In this document: in pieces, positions 54,563 to 63,805 of the stretch | Layout of the letters: each line of letters opens with the position of its first letter | Position numbering within the stretch: position 1 is the first letter of the stretch | Virus record (IMG/VR): IMGVR_UViG_3300033996_000365 | Origin: an uncultured virus (IMG/VR IMGVR_UViG_3300033996_000365) | Taxonomy: Duplodnaviria > Heunggongvirae > Uroviricota > Caudoviricetes | Strand: one strand, 5' to 3' | DNA length: 64,000 nt | Notes under the pieces: generated by a model | What the model was told of the DNA's origin: nothing | Seen by the model: only the letters and a program-made list of their open reading frames with translations | Database searches by the model: none | Program-made: the position numbers and the translations under genes

Positions 54563-56275
54563 TTATTGATTGCACTTGATGATGACAATACCAGAGCCGC
54601 CGTTACCTGCGGTAAAGCTGCCATAGCCTAGAGCGCCGCCACCACCACCACCACCGAGATTGTCAGTGCCATTCGTAGCATTTTGCCCAGTTCCACCGCC
54701 TGACGTTCCTCTCGCTCCGGTTCCGCCGCCGCCAGAACCTCCAATTCCAATTATTTTCTTTGGAGATTGAGATGTATCTGTATCCACTCCGCCACCGCCA
54801 CCACCAGCGTATGTGACGGACGAACCAGAAATAGAGGATGCTGTTCCTGCTCCACCGTTCCCACCGCCTGAACTTGTTGCCGCAGCACCAGCAGCAGAAG
54901 CACCGCCACCACCACCGCCATTTGTAAAACTAATGTTGTCAGTGTTTCCTACGCCGCCATTATTTCCTTGAGATGGAGATGTAACCGGAGTATTTCCTGC
55001 GCCGCCAGCTCCAGTTGCAGCACCGCCACCACCACCAGAACCACCGGCTCGACCAGTATTATTTGTAGTTGCTCCGCCACCACCGCCGCCGTTAGAGGTT
55101 ATGGTGCTAAATACGGAATTTGCGCCATTCGATCCTTGACTGGTATCAGCCGCTGCGCGAGCGCCACCAGCGCCAACTGTTACGGTGTAGGTAGTGCCAG
55201 CGGTTATAGCAAGCGCAGATCCTGTTCTATAACCACCTGCTCCACCACCGCCATAGTTGCCACCACCACCACCGCCACCAGCCACAACCAGATAGTCCAC
55301 GCTCGTCACGCCGACAGGAGCAGTCCACTGGGCAGTAGAGTTGAACACAAAGATAGACTGATTAGGTGCTGTGTAGCGTAGGATGACAATACCAGAGCCG
55401 CCAGCGCCTCCAGTAATCCCAGTAGCATCTGAGGCATTTCTTGCTCCACCGCCACCACCTCCAGTGTTAGCTGTTCCATTAACAGCATCGTTGCTAGTTC
55501 CGGTTCCTCCTGCTCCACCACCGCCAGAGCCGCCAGCGCCACCGGGCGCTGATGACGCGCAGCCTCCGCCGCCGCCAGCATAAGTTACGCTACTTCCAGT
55601 TATGGAAGACGCAGTACCATTCCCACCTGCTGCTACTCCGGGTGATGAACCAGTTCCCCCAACAGCAGAAGCACCACCCCCACCACCACCAAACCCACTG
55701 TTTAAAGCCCCTCCTGTGCCACCGTTATTTCCTTGAGACGGAGAAGTAGATGGAGTGTTTCCTACTCCTCCAGCGCCAGAAGCACTGCCGGGAGAAAAAA
55801 CATTACCGCCACCACCGCCGGAGCCTCCATTTGAACCAACAGTTCCATTGTTTGGGCCTCCGGGCCAATAGCCGCCGCCACCGCCACCATTAGACGTAAT
55901 AGTGGAGAAAATTGAATTGCCGCCGTTCGACCCTTGATTTCCGGTTGTGGCGCTTAAAGCACCCGCACCACCAGCGCCTACAGTAATTTGATATGTTGCG
56001 CCCGGAGTTACGGGTAACGCAGAGCCGGTTCTAAACCCACCAGCTCCTCCACCGCCACCACCACGCTGTCCGCCGCCGCCACCACCCGCCACCACCAGAT
56101 AATCTACAGCCGTCACACCCGCAGGAACAGTAAAGAAGCCAGATGCAGTAAATGTCTGGACAACAGTTACCCCTCTAGGCCAACTACCTAGATTCCAAAT
56201 GCCGGACGCAAAGCCGGGCGTGTACAGCGGCGAAGTCGCGCTGATAATGTTGCCGGGATACCCGTGAATCGCCAT
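54563..56275 (-). CDS. Gly-rich tail fibre/receptor-binding protein with two repeated domains
   Basis: Paralog of 52941-54554. Confidence 0.75.
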   Translation of the reverse strand: MAIHGYPGNIISATSPLYTPGFASGIWNLGSWPRGVTVVQTFTASGFFTVPAGVTAVDYLVVAGGGGGGQRGGGGGGAGGFRTGSALPVTPGATYQITVGAGGAGALSATTGNQGSNGGNSIFSTITSNGGGGGGYWPGGPNNGTVGSNGGSGGGGGNVFSPGSASGAGGVGNTPSTSPSQGNNGGTGGALNSGFGGGGGGASAVGGTGSSPGVAAGGNGTASSITGSSVTYAGGGGGCASSAPGGAGGSGGGGAGGTGTSNDAVNGTANTGGGGGGARNASDATGITGGAGGSGIVILRYTAPNQSIFVFNSTAQWTAPVGVTSVDYLVVAGGGGGGGNYGGGGAGGYRTGSALAITAGTTYTVTVGAGGARAAADTSQGSNGANSVFSTITSNGGGGGGATTNNTGRAGGSGGGGGAATGAGGAGNTPVTSPSQGNNGGVGNTDNISFTNGGGGGGASAAGAAATSSGGGNGGAGTASSISGSSVTYAGGGGGGVDTDTSQSPKKIIGIGGSGGGGTGARGTSGGGTGQNATNGTDNLGGGGGGGALGYGSFTAGNGGSGIVIIKCNQ

Positions 56276-56284
56276 CGCCGCTCC

Positions 56285-56686
56285 TTACGAGCTGATCTGT
56301 TCGTAGCTTACCGAGAAGGATATTGCGTTGTTCGTGCCGCTGGCAACGATGACAGCCTTATCCTCCAGCAGATAAGTGGCCGTCGTCTTGTCCATCACAA
56401 TCAGCGACGCAAACGCAGGAACAGAAATGTTTGATGCAATCGGGAATGCGTTAGCCGATGTCACCACCACAGCGTTACCTGCCGCAACGTTGCCGCTGGT
56501 GAAAATCATCACCGTGCAGTTGGCCGCAGTATTGGTCTGGTTCGCAGCCACAATCTGGTCTAGCTTGAAAACGTTGCCAGAGTTGACCGCGTTGGTAACG
56601 AGTACAAAGTTAGACGTGTTTGCAGGCGTCAGATATGTGGTCTGACCGTAAATTTGTGTCACATTGACAATGTTAGGATTTGGCAC
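56285..56686 (-). CDS. virion structural protein
   Basis: AAGGAG SD; Asn/Thr-rich; ends SYEQIS. Confidence 0.65.
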   Translation of the reverse strand: MPNPNIVNVTQIYGQTTYLTPANTSNFVLVTNAVNSGNVFKLDQIVAANQTNTAANCTVMIFTSGNVAAGNAVVVTSANAFPIASNISVPAFASLIVMDKTTATYLLEDKAVIVASGTNNAISFSVSYEQISS

Positions 56687-56697
56687 AGCGTTCTCCT

Positions 56698-57213
56698 TTA
56701 TGAGTGGTTAGCGTAAGCGCCGTGATACGTTTCACGAGCCTCTACCGCAACAAGTTCAGCAATTTCAAAATCGTCAAAGTAGCCAATGTTCTTACGCTTT
56801 TTGTTTATGTCCACGTAGACAAACCACTTTCCTGTTGCCTTGTGCCAAGAAACTCCCTTGGCTTTAGAAGTGTTGTTTGAAAACAGCCGCCGATTGCTTG
56901 CGTTTTGCGCAACCGTGGCAGACCGTAGATTCTCTATCCGATTATCTAGCGTGTCACGATTAATGTGATCTAGCTGCTCCGGCACGTATCCATGATGCCA
57001 TAGGAAAATTAGCTTATGAACACACCAATGCTCTCCACAAATTTTTGTGGATACATATCTGGCATTTCTTTGCCCTAAGTTTTTTGCAGCATAGTTACCA
57101 ACCTTGGATCCAGCTTTATTTGCCGGACCCGCGCCCGATACCTTGCGTATCAAGTACCCATCTTCGTGATACTCGAACAACTCTCTTGCCCTGTCTTGAG
57201 TAATTGTTGTCAT
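56698..57213 (-). mobile_element. free-standing HNH-AP2 homing endonuclease gene
   Basis: DHINRDTLDNRIENLR HNH motif; KGVSW...W...IGYF AP2-like C-terminus; AT-richer than flanks. Confidence 0.85.
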
Positions 57214-57214
57214 T

Positions 57215-57883
57215 TTAGAAACCGAAGATCATAGCCATAGCGATGGCTTTGCCCGTGGTGATGCCAGACGCAGTAGGAGTCTGGCTGACCCAATGCGTTC
57301 CGTTACTTGTTAGTACATTGTTTGCCGTACCAGGCGCAACCAGCGTCACCGTGCCGGTGTTGTTGCCAACCACCACGCTGCCCAGTGTCAGGTTTGCCCT
57401 GCCCGTGCCGCCGTTAGAAACAGTCAGCGGGTTGGCAATCGTAACGTTGGAAGCTGCAAACTCTGTGATGTAAGTTGTGGTCTCGGCGACATTGATGCTG
57501 TCGTTGAAGATCACCATCGATCTGCCATTCGGAACCGTTACCGTGGTGCCCGTCGGCGACGCATTCGACCCGTTGGAAATAACCACCGAGTTCGACAGAT
57601 TGTTGACGATGATGTACTGCTTCTCTATCGGCGGGATAAACAGCGTCTGACGGTTGGTAATCGTGCCAACCAGATTTAACTCTAGGTTACGCGCCACCTG
57701 CGTCGCGTTCGTGTCGGTCAGCGCAATAGCAACGTTAGAGCTGGCAAACGTAACGTTGGCTGACCCAGTAATCGCTTCTTCTAGCGCAGTGCCCAAGTTG
57801 GTATTCGTGGTAACGCCCCACGTACCGGCCTGATCGCCCGTGCCAATTAACTCAATCTTCAGGCTGCTATATGTGCTTGCCAT
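57215..57883 (-). CDS. virion structural protein (fibre base)
   Basis: MASTYS.LKIELIGTG...WG.TTN.NL; Thr/Asn-rich. Confidence 0.65.
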   Translation of the reverse strand: MASTYSSLKIELIGTGDQAGTWGVTTNTNLGTALEEAITGSANVTFASSNVAIALTDTNATQVARNLELNLVGTITNRQTLFIPPIEKQYIIVNNLSNSVVISNGSNASPTGTTVTVPNGRSMVIFNDSINVAETTTYITEFAASNVTIANPLTVSNGGTGRANLTLGSVVVGNNTGTVTLVAPGTANNVLTSNGTHWVSQTPTASGITTGKAIAMAMIFGF

Positions 57884-57895
57884 GATGTTTCCTTA

Positions 57896-58867
57896 CTAAA
57901 TTGTGTTTATGAGCTGCCAACTCGTGTTGTCTGTCGTGCTCAAAGTTCCCCAGCCCGGCGACTGCGGATTGTTTATCTCCACCCAATCAGCCGTCTGACT
58001 ATCATTTATCAACTCCCACAAATACCTGCAACTGACAACATCTGATGCTCTAGCACTTTCTGTAGAAAATACGTCATTGTCGGATTCTGCTCCATCTACA
58101 TCTAAAGCGGTCGTGTTCTCCGTAATCGTGACCATGAACTGCGCCAAGGCGCTAATCATGTCTTCCGTCGATACAGATTCCGCGATGTTTGCAACAGTGA
58201 TTCTGGTTACGTTCGCCGTGTCTGATATCGCCGCAGACTCGCTGACCGCACCTGCAATACCAAATCCGCTCTTAACCTCTACCGATGCGTTCGCAGTTTC
58301 ACTTGCTACGCTCGTAAATACAAGTCCGCCCGCTACCGTGTCTGACGCATTCGCACTCTCGCTGACGCTTCTCTCTACTGTTACAAACGTCCTGACCGTA
58401 TCACTCGCATTTGCCGTCTCGCGTACCGCTGCGCCAAACGTTGCCTGCGCTGCTACCGTTTCCGACGCCGTCACAGATTCCGACACCGCGCTGGTAAAGA
58501 TCACCAGACTGCTGACCACATCTGTGATCGATGCCGACTCGGATACAGCACCGGATAAAACAAACGTGCTTGATACCTGATCCGCCGCCGTTACCGCTTC
58601 TGCTATCGTCGCCGTCGCATTCAGCGCAGCAGCTACGATGTCTACAACCTGTACTGATTCCGATACTGTCGCTGCTATCGGCGGTGTTGCCGCTACGTTG
58701 ACGCTATCTGATGCGGTAATTAAACCGCCGTTACCAAGTCCCCAACCGTCTGATCCCCACGGGCCGTTACCCCAGCCAGCATTCGAAATAAGCGGATAGT
58801 AGACCGAGCAGCCCCAACCGGCCTCGCCCCATGTGCCACTACCAAATCCGCCATCGACTTGCGCCAC
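57896..58867 (-). CDS. repeat-containing fibre protein
   Basis: About 20 aa repeats with E(S/T)xxxSDxV core; Trp/Gly-rich N-terminus. Confidence 0.65.
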   Translation of the reverse strand: MAQVDGGFGSGTWGEAGWGCSVYYPLISNAGWGNGPWGSDGWGLGNGGLITASDSVNVAATPPIAATVSESVQVVDIVAAALNATATIAEAVTAADQVSSTFVLSGAVSESASITDVVSSLVIFTSAVSESVTASETVAAQATFGAAVRETANASDTVRTFVTVERSVSESANASDTVAGGLVFTSVASETANASVEVKSGFGIAGAVSESAAISDTANVTRITVANIAESVSTEDMISALAQFMVTITENTTALDVDGAESDNDVFSTESARASDVVSCRYLWELINDSQTADWVEINNPQSPGWGTLSTTDNTSWQLINTI

Positions 58868-58870
58868 ATA

Positions 58871-59044
58871 TTACTCCGCAGACTCCAACTCATCTTGCTT
58901 AAACCAGCGCGAATGAACCTGACCATCATCGCCAGTCCAATCAAGCAAACACCATACGGTGCCATCCTCATCCATACGCATGGAGGAAATCGGACCCTGC
59001 GGTACAACTGCCTTGAGCTTTACAACGTCACCCTTCTTGTACAT
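58871..59044 (-). CDS. 57 aa YodC/DUF2158-like protein
   Basis: MYKKGDVVKLK...GP...W...WF..DEL; AGGAG SD; read manually. Confidence 0.55.
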   Translation of the reverse strand: MYKKGDVVKLKAVVPQGPISSMRMDEDGTVWCLLDWTGDDGQVHSRWFKQDELESAE

Positions 59045-59056
59045 GTTCAGCTCCTA

Positions 59057-59632
59057 TCAGGTCGCATCAAGGTTGAAAGAGTAGGTAACGTTCAGAACGT
59101 CACCGCTCACCACCGTACGGTCGCCAGGCGCTTGGAAGTCGGACACCGAGAACAGCAGGCCAGATGTGCCAGTTGCCACGTTCGCCAAGAAAGCACCTGC
59201 AATGGTCGCATTCGCGTTCATCGTAAACGACGCAGTAGAAGATGCGTTGTTGATGTTCGATGGATCCGCCAACGTTGCCGCACCAAATGTTGCAGCTTTG
59301 CGGTTACCAACATAGCTGGAGTTCTCGTCCCAGCCAGGATGGGTTGGCAAAGTATCGCCACCAGAGAACGTGGTGCTGGCAGACGTGCCATTCACCAAAC
59401 CGATATACCAAGCAGCCGTGTAAGTACTGCCAGTGAAGTACTTGTTATTCATGTCTTGCAAGCCGACATTCACAACGAGGTTCGGGCAAATATCTACCCA
59501 CTTTTCGTTGCCTGTGCTGTCATAGCAGGTGACGGTAAACACACCGCCTGCCGACAGCTTCTCATCAAAGCCTGTTTTACGAGCGACAGCGCCGTTGACG
59601 GTTTCGCTTGACTTAGAAGTTTCAATGCTCAT
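59057..59632 (-). CDS. virion structural protein
   Basis: NLVVNVG, WYIGL, GDVLNVTY. Confidence 0.65.
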   Translation of the reverse strand: MSIETSKSSETVNGAVARKTGFDEKLSAGGVFTVTCYDSTGNEKWVDICPNLVVNVGLQDMNNKYFTGSTYTAAWYIGLVNGTSASTTFSGGDTLPTHPGWDENSSYVGNRKAATFGAATLADPSNINNASSTASFTMNANATIAGAFLANVATGTSGLLFSVSDFQAPGDRTVVSGDVLNVTYSFNLDAT

Positions 59633-59641
59633 AGCTACTCC

Positions 59642-60067
59642 TCAATTAATACGTATCAGCGCACTCGACGCCGTGTCAGGTGGCAACACTACGGAAAACG
59701 TGCCGTTGCCAGCCTGCGTCTTGTCACTACCAAAATCCAAAGTGGCTACCGACGCATTTGCTCGAGTGAAGTTGTATATCAACGCCCCTCTAGTTACAAA
59801 CTGTGCCGGGTTCCACACCACATTATCAAAGCTCACATACACAATTCCGTTACTGGTCGAGTTGACGGTAACGTTTGCCAACGTCTGACCACCAGCCACG
59901 TACCCAGCGCCAGTAATCTCGTTGGTTGAAGTGTACTCATTTGTGTTCTGATCTAGCTCTACGTACCCGTCGTACAAAGCCATCTTCAAAGTGTCCGACG
60001 CAATGTTCTGGCGGCCATTCAGAATGTCCACCTTGAACTTAGTAGTCAGACCTTGGTAAATCGTCAT
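59642..60067 (-). CDS. virion structural protein
   Basis: LKMALY, GYVAGG..L, GALIYN, LDFGSDKT. Confidence 0.65.
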   Translation of the reverse strand: MTIYQGLTTKFKVDILNGRQNIASDTLKMALYDGYVELDQNTNEYTSTNEITGAGYVAGGQTLANVTVNSTSNGIVYVSFDNVVWNPAQFVTRGALIYNFTRANASVATLDFGSDKTQAGNGTFSVVLPPDTASSALIRIN

Positions 60068-60747
60068 GTGACCCTCACCCTAACCTGACCACTACGGTAT
60101 GCGTCCTGACGCTCCATACCATCGCCCAGACGTTTCAGTTGACCCATAGCCTCGTTGTACTTGGCCTCGACGTTGGCAATCAAATCCTGCTCACCCTTCA
60201 TGTACAAGTACGCCTCGCGCAAGCTGCCATACAACAGCACCGGATCGTAATTGTCGCCGAGCCATGTCCGACCATCAGGCGCAGTCGTGATTGACTCTGG
60301 GTAGTAGTAGTAATGCAGCTCTACCGTGTACGCCGCATTTGGCGTCGGACCCAAGATAAATGACAGCTCGTCCGTCACAACATTGCTAGTAGTCGTTGGC
60401 CCAAAGATCGCGTAGTACTGCGGCAATCCTGTATCCGCTGGCGTAGGGTAAGCAGCCCGAATGTAGTTCACATCCTTGTTCAGAAGGTAGTGATACTCCT
60501 CGGTTGCCGTGCCGTAGTTCTCAATCACAGCCAGCGAGTACACCGCTAGGAAATCACCCGGCGCAGACAGGTACTTGTTGTTGGTCGACAGGATGCCGGT
60601 CTTGTTTGCACGCAGCGCAGGTATCTGCACCGTGTTGTAGACGCGAGTTTCCGTCTGACGAATAAACGTCGGAATGTAGGAGATAAACTCCTGTTCGTAG
60701 TTTTCCGTGTACGACTGAATAGCCGCGACCAACTCCGTGTACGTCAT
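60064..60747 (-). CDS. head-tail adaptor-like protein
   Basis: MTYTELVAAIQSY, GPTP, LLYGSL.EAY.YMK. Confidence 0.65.
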   Translation of the reverse strand: MTYTELVAAIQSYTENYEQEFISYIPTFIRQTETRVYNTVQIPALRANKTGILSTNNKYLSAPGDFLAVYSLAVIENYGTATEEYHYLLNKDVNYIRAAYPTPADTGLPQYYAIFGPTTTSNVVTDELSFILGPTPNAAYTVELHYYYYPESITTAPDGRTWLGDNYDPVLLYGSLREAYLYMKGEQDLIANVEAKYNEAMGQLKRLGDGMERQDAYRSGQVRVRVT

Positions 60748-61019
60748 GCCATCGGACCCCTAGCCATCACACCCTTGGTAGCCGCGCCCGTGCCACGAAT
60801 CTTGATGCCGGTAGTCTTGGTGTCTTCCCGACCAGGATCGCCCGCAGACACGCGCTGCACAGCCGTGCGTGGACCCAGCTTGTCAACAGCGATGTTGTTG
60901 GGATCTTCCATCTTCTTCAGCTTGGCAGACACAGCCTTGCCAGTCATCGTGTGAGGAGGCGCATAAACCGAAGCGGGACCAACTTCCTTCCCACCCTTCT
61001 TCATCGAGTACTTTGCCAT
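60744..61019 (-). CDS. small basic late protein
   Basis: MAKYSMKKGG...RGTGAATKG; GAGG SD. Confidence 0.65.
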   Translation of the reverse strand: MAKYSMKKGGKEVGPASVYAPPHTMTGKAVSAKLKKMEDPNNIAVDKLGPRTAVQRVSAGDPGREDTKTTGIKIRGTGAATKGVMARGPMA

Positions 61020-61026
61020 ATCAGCC

Positions 61027-61179
61027 TCACTTGGTTTTCTGGTTCTGAATACGTGCCTCATTCCGCCCGTATTTTTTCAGATCAGCAGTGGTCACGCCAC
61101 CTTTTTTCATGCCTTTGTGCATACGCTTCTCATGCGCTTTCACCTCGGCTTTGGCTACCTGCTTCATCTTGTCCATCAT
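61027..61179 (-). CDS. 50 aa basic late protein
   Basis: MMDKMKQVAKAEVKAHEKRMHKGMKKGG...; AGGAG SD; read manually. Confidence 0.65.
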   Translation of the reverse strand: MMDKMKQVAKAEVKAHEKRMHKGMKKGGVTTADLKKYGRNEARIQNQKTK

Positions 61180-61185
61180 TCACTC

Positions 61186-61608
61186 CTAGTTGATAGTCAC
61201 GTTTGCTACCGTCGTTTGCGCCACCAAGTTGTTCGGTGTCAACCCTGCATCATTCGCCCTAGAGCCGCCTATCGGTGCCCAACCCCACTGGAAGATCCGG
61301 CTACCACCGCCGGGGAATCCATCCTGCAAGATGTTTGTGCCAGAGTTGTAGTCTGCCTGCAACCCCGTCATACCAGACTGCCAGTACGACTTGTCCGGCC
61401 TTGGATCCCGTACCGCCTGCGGATCATTGACCGGATATAGGCCAAGACTCAACTGCGGCTGGTCAGGTTCCCAGCAAGTCGGACACACCTTGATCTTGAC
61501 GTTCTTCGTCTTGATCGTCAGCGTCTTCAACACTTTGAGCTGATACCGGAAACCACACCGGTCACACTCTGAAATACTCTTTTTACCACTAGCGTACTTG
61601 CTAGGCAT
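61186..61608 (-). CDS. Zn-finger late protein
   Basis: CDRCGF...CPTCW..DQPQL...DPRPD. Confidence 0.7.
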   Translation of the reverse strand: MPSKYASGKKSISECDRCGFRYQLKVLKTLTIKTKNVKIKVCPTCWEPDQPQLSLGLYPVNDPQAVRDPRPDKSYWQSGMTGLQADYNSGTNILQDGFPGGGSRIFQWGWAPIGGSRANDAGLTPNNLVAQTTVANVTIN

Positions 61609-61611
61609 ACA

Positions 61612-62352
61612 TCACCTATATGTGATCATGCGTGGCACCAGTCTATCCGGTGCCTTTTCCCGATCCTCGCCAGCCGCCATCTCCCACGCCTCGTCATACT
61701 GCGCCTTCAGAAACTGAATGCGCTCCAAACCACCAGGAACCTTCATCGCCAACCGGTATGCCAACCCGCAGATGATGGCCTCCTGAAAGCGGAATGGGAT
61801 GTCCTCAACGTTTACACCGTTGCCTGCGTCAAACATCCTGCGCAGCCGCCAGTACACGAAGTAGTAGTACGGAGTCTGTGCCGTTCCCTGATCTGGTGAC
61901 GGCCAAACGTTGATCTGCGGATTCTGCGGTGTTGCGCCCGGCACGTCCGTTGTCTGGCCGCTACGACGGTTTATCCAGACTTGGATCGGACGCCCTTGCG
62001 TGATCTTGTTCGGGATCGTCGCGTAGGTCGAGACAGAGATTCGGTTGATGTTGATGTCTGACTGGGTGCCAATCTGACCGGGATTAGTTCGAATAACATG
62101 TTCCAGAAGATCCACGGTGTCAATAGGTAGATCATAGGTAACCTGCCCCTGAACAAGCGGTATCGTCCCTTGTTCAATAGTCCATAAATTGATGCCACGG
62201 TTTGCCCACTCCGTCAGCAACAAGTTCAAGCTGCGCCGAGCGGTACGAAAATCGTAGCCCGTACGCATCTCAAGACCGCAACGCTCGAAAGCTTCTTCGA
62301 AGATTTCGTTGACGGTTGGATTGAACGTCGTTGTAGAAGTGGTGTATGCCAT
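61612..62352 (-). CDS. head-tail connector/tail tubular A-like protein
   Basis: EEAFERCG, ARRSLNLL..EWANRG.NLW, GLAY.LA. Confidence 0.7.
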   Translation of the reverse strand: MAYTTSTTTFNPTVNEIFEEAFERCGLEMRTGYDFRTARRSLNLLLTEWANRGINLWTIEQGTIPLVQGQVTYDLPIDTVDLLEHVIRTNPGQIGTQSDININRISVSTYATIPNKITQGRPIQVWINRRSGQTTDVPGATPQNPQINVWPSPDQGTAQTPYYYFVYWRLRRMFDAGNGVNVEDIPFRFQEAIICGLAYRLAMKVPGGLERIQFLKAQYDEAWEMAAGEDREKAPDRLVPRMITYR

Positions 62353-62585
62353 TACCTAAATCTCGCAGTCTTCTGTGCTATACCCTTGGGCTGTTTAACA
62401 AACTGCTTTCCTGCTTTCTTCCCTGCCCGCTTTGCCTTCGTCGTGGCGGCATACTCGGCTGGGCTTAGAGCCTTGATCGCCTTTTCCGGGAGATAACGCT
62501 CTCCGGTCTTTGACGATGGCTTGCCGCTTTTCGTTCGCCATTTCTGCTCACCCCATGACTTCAGGCTTTGCTGCGGAGCCTTCAT
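62352..62585 (-). CDS. small basic late protein
   Basis: Lys-rich; QKWRTKSGKPS..TGERYLP. Confidence 0.7.
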   Translation of the reverse strand: MKAPQQSLKSWGEQKWRTKSGKPSSKTGERYLPEKAIKALSPAEYAATTKAKRAGKKAGKQFVKQPKGIAQKTARFR

Positions 62586-62861
62586 TTATTTCTTGCCCAT
62601 CTTCTTCAACGTCTGCGCCAGTCTCGCCCGTTGACCTAATTTGCCAGTCTTCTTTGCTGCTGCCGCGAGCTTCTTGGCCGGGATGGGCTTGTCGCCTTTT
62701 ACGCCAAGCTGACTGCGTAGTGCGCCGGGCTTCTTGATCGCTGACTGGATCCATTTCTTGGTCTCGCCACCTTTCTTCATGCCCTCAACGCCACGGCCTT
62801 TCAAGACATCGGCCTGCGTCACTTTGCCGTCACCGGTTAGATCAGGAAACTTACTAGCCAC
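62586..62861 (-). CDS. small basic protein with DxxxDG loop
   Basis: GTG start, GGAGG SD; FPDLTGDGKVTQAD, MKKGG. Confidence 0.65.
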   Translation of the reverse strand: MASKFPDLTGDGKVTQADVLKGRGVEGMKKGGETKKWIQSAIKKPGALRSQLGVKGDKPIPAKKLAAAAKKTGKLGQRARLAQTLKKMGKK

Positions 62862-63189
62862 GATAACCTCCGCCCTTTGCTTTGTAGCGCTTTGCAAGTA
62901 GCTGTGCCTTGCGGGCTGACCACTGTCCTGCTCCCGTGCCTTGTATCGCCTGCGCCTTGATGCTTTCAAACAGCGACTTGCGCATACTTGGCTTGGTGTA
63001 GTTGCCAGCCGCATTGACCTTAGACTTACCCGCAGCTCGCCTGACCGCATCTTCAACGGAAGGCTTGCCAAGACGTACTGACCCGCCCTTCTTGTACTCG
63101 GTGAAGTCAGTATTGTCCCGACGAGGTTTTACCCTCGCCTTTGGCATCTTGCTGGGGTTGATATCCCCCATGCCGCGAGATGGTCTCAT
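62854..63189 (-). CDS. small basic late protein
   Basis: SRGMGDINPSK; GQWSARKAQ. Confidence 0.7.
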   Translation of the reverse strand: MRPSRGMGDINPSKMPKARVKPRRDNTDFTEYKKGGSVRLGKPSVEDAVRRAAGKSKVNAAGNYTKPSMRKSLFESIKAQAIQGTGAGQWSARKAQLLAKRYKAKGGGYRG

Positions 63190-63190
63190 C

Positions 63191-63805
63191 TCAGCAGTAC
63201 CCGCCTTTTTTCATACCCTTGTTGCCTGCCATCTTGACCATAGTGCCCTTGGTCTTGCCTTTAACAGCAACGCCATCACGACTAGGAGCAGCAGTCTTGA
63301 CTGGACCCATCTTGGATGCACCCATGCCACCCATTGCCATTTTCTTGACTTTGCCGCCTTTTTTCATGCCTTTCATTTCAGCCTCCTCGTGCTTAATCAT
63401 TGATTTGGGTGCGCCCTTCTTTTTCATGAACGCAATTTCTTCACCGACCTTCTTCTTTGACTCTGCCATACCGCCTCCTTTGGCTTTCTTGGAAAGGCCA
63501 GCTTCGGATAGACCGATGGCGATGGCCTGCTTGGGGTTGGTTACCTTCTGACCTGACGATGACTTCAGCTTGCCAGCCTTGAACTCAGTCATGACCTTGC
63601 CAACTTTAGCCTGTCCGCCTTTGGCAAAGCGCTGCGTCATCTGATCGTTCGGACCAGACATAGCTTGCGGCTGCATGTTGAACGTCTGATTCATCCCGCC
63701 GCTCTGACCGCCAGCCTGCGGTTGGTTGCCGTAGAACGGATAGGTGGGCTGCTGCACTTGGCCGCCGGTAACACCACCGTCAGCGAACTTTTTGCGCTTT
63801 CTCAT
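63191..63805 (-). CDS. Lys/Met/Gly-rich protein with six x[AK]xGG motifs
   Basis: 204 aa, low complexity, ATGA-coupled. Confidence 0.7.
   Translation of the reverse strand: MRKRKKFADGGVTGGQVQQPTYPFYGNQPQAGGQSGGMNQTFNMQPQAMSGPNDQMTQRFAKGGQAKVGKVMTEFKAGKLKSSSGQKVTNPKQAIAIGLSEAGLSKKAKGGGMAESKKKVGEEIAFMKKKGAPKSMIKHEEAEMKGMKKGGKVKKMAMGGMGASKMGPVKTAAPSRDGVAVKGKTKGTMVKMAGNKGMKKGGYC

Noticed and set aside
52941..56275. Diversity-generating retroelement acting on fibres
   Set aside because: No reverse transcriptase and no near-identical template/variable repeat pair differing at adenines
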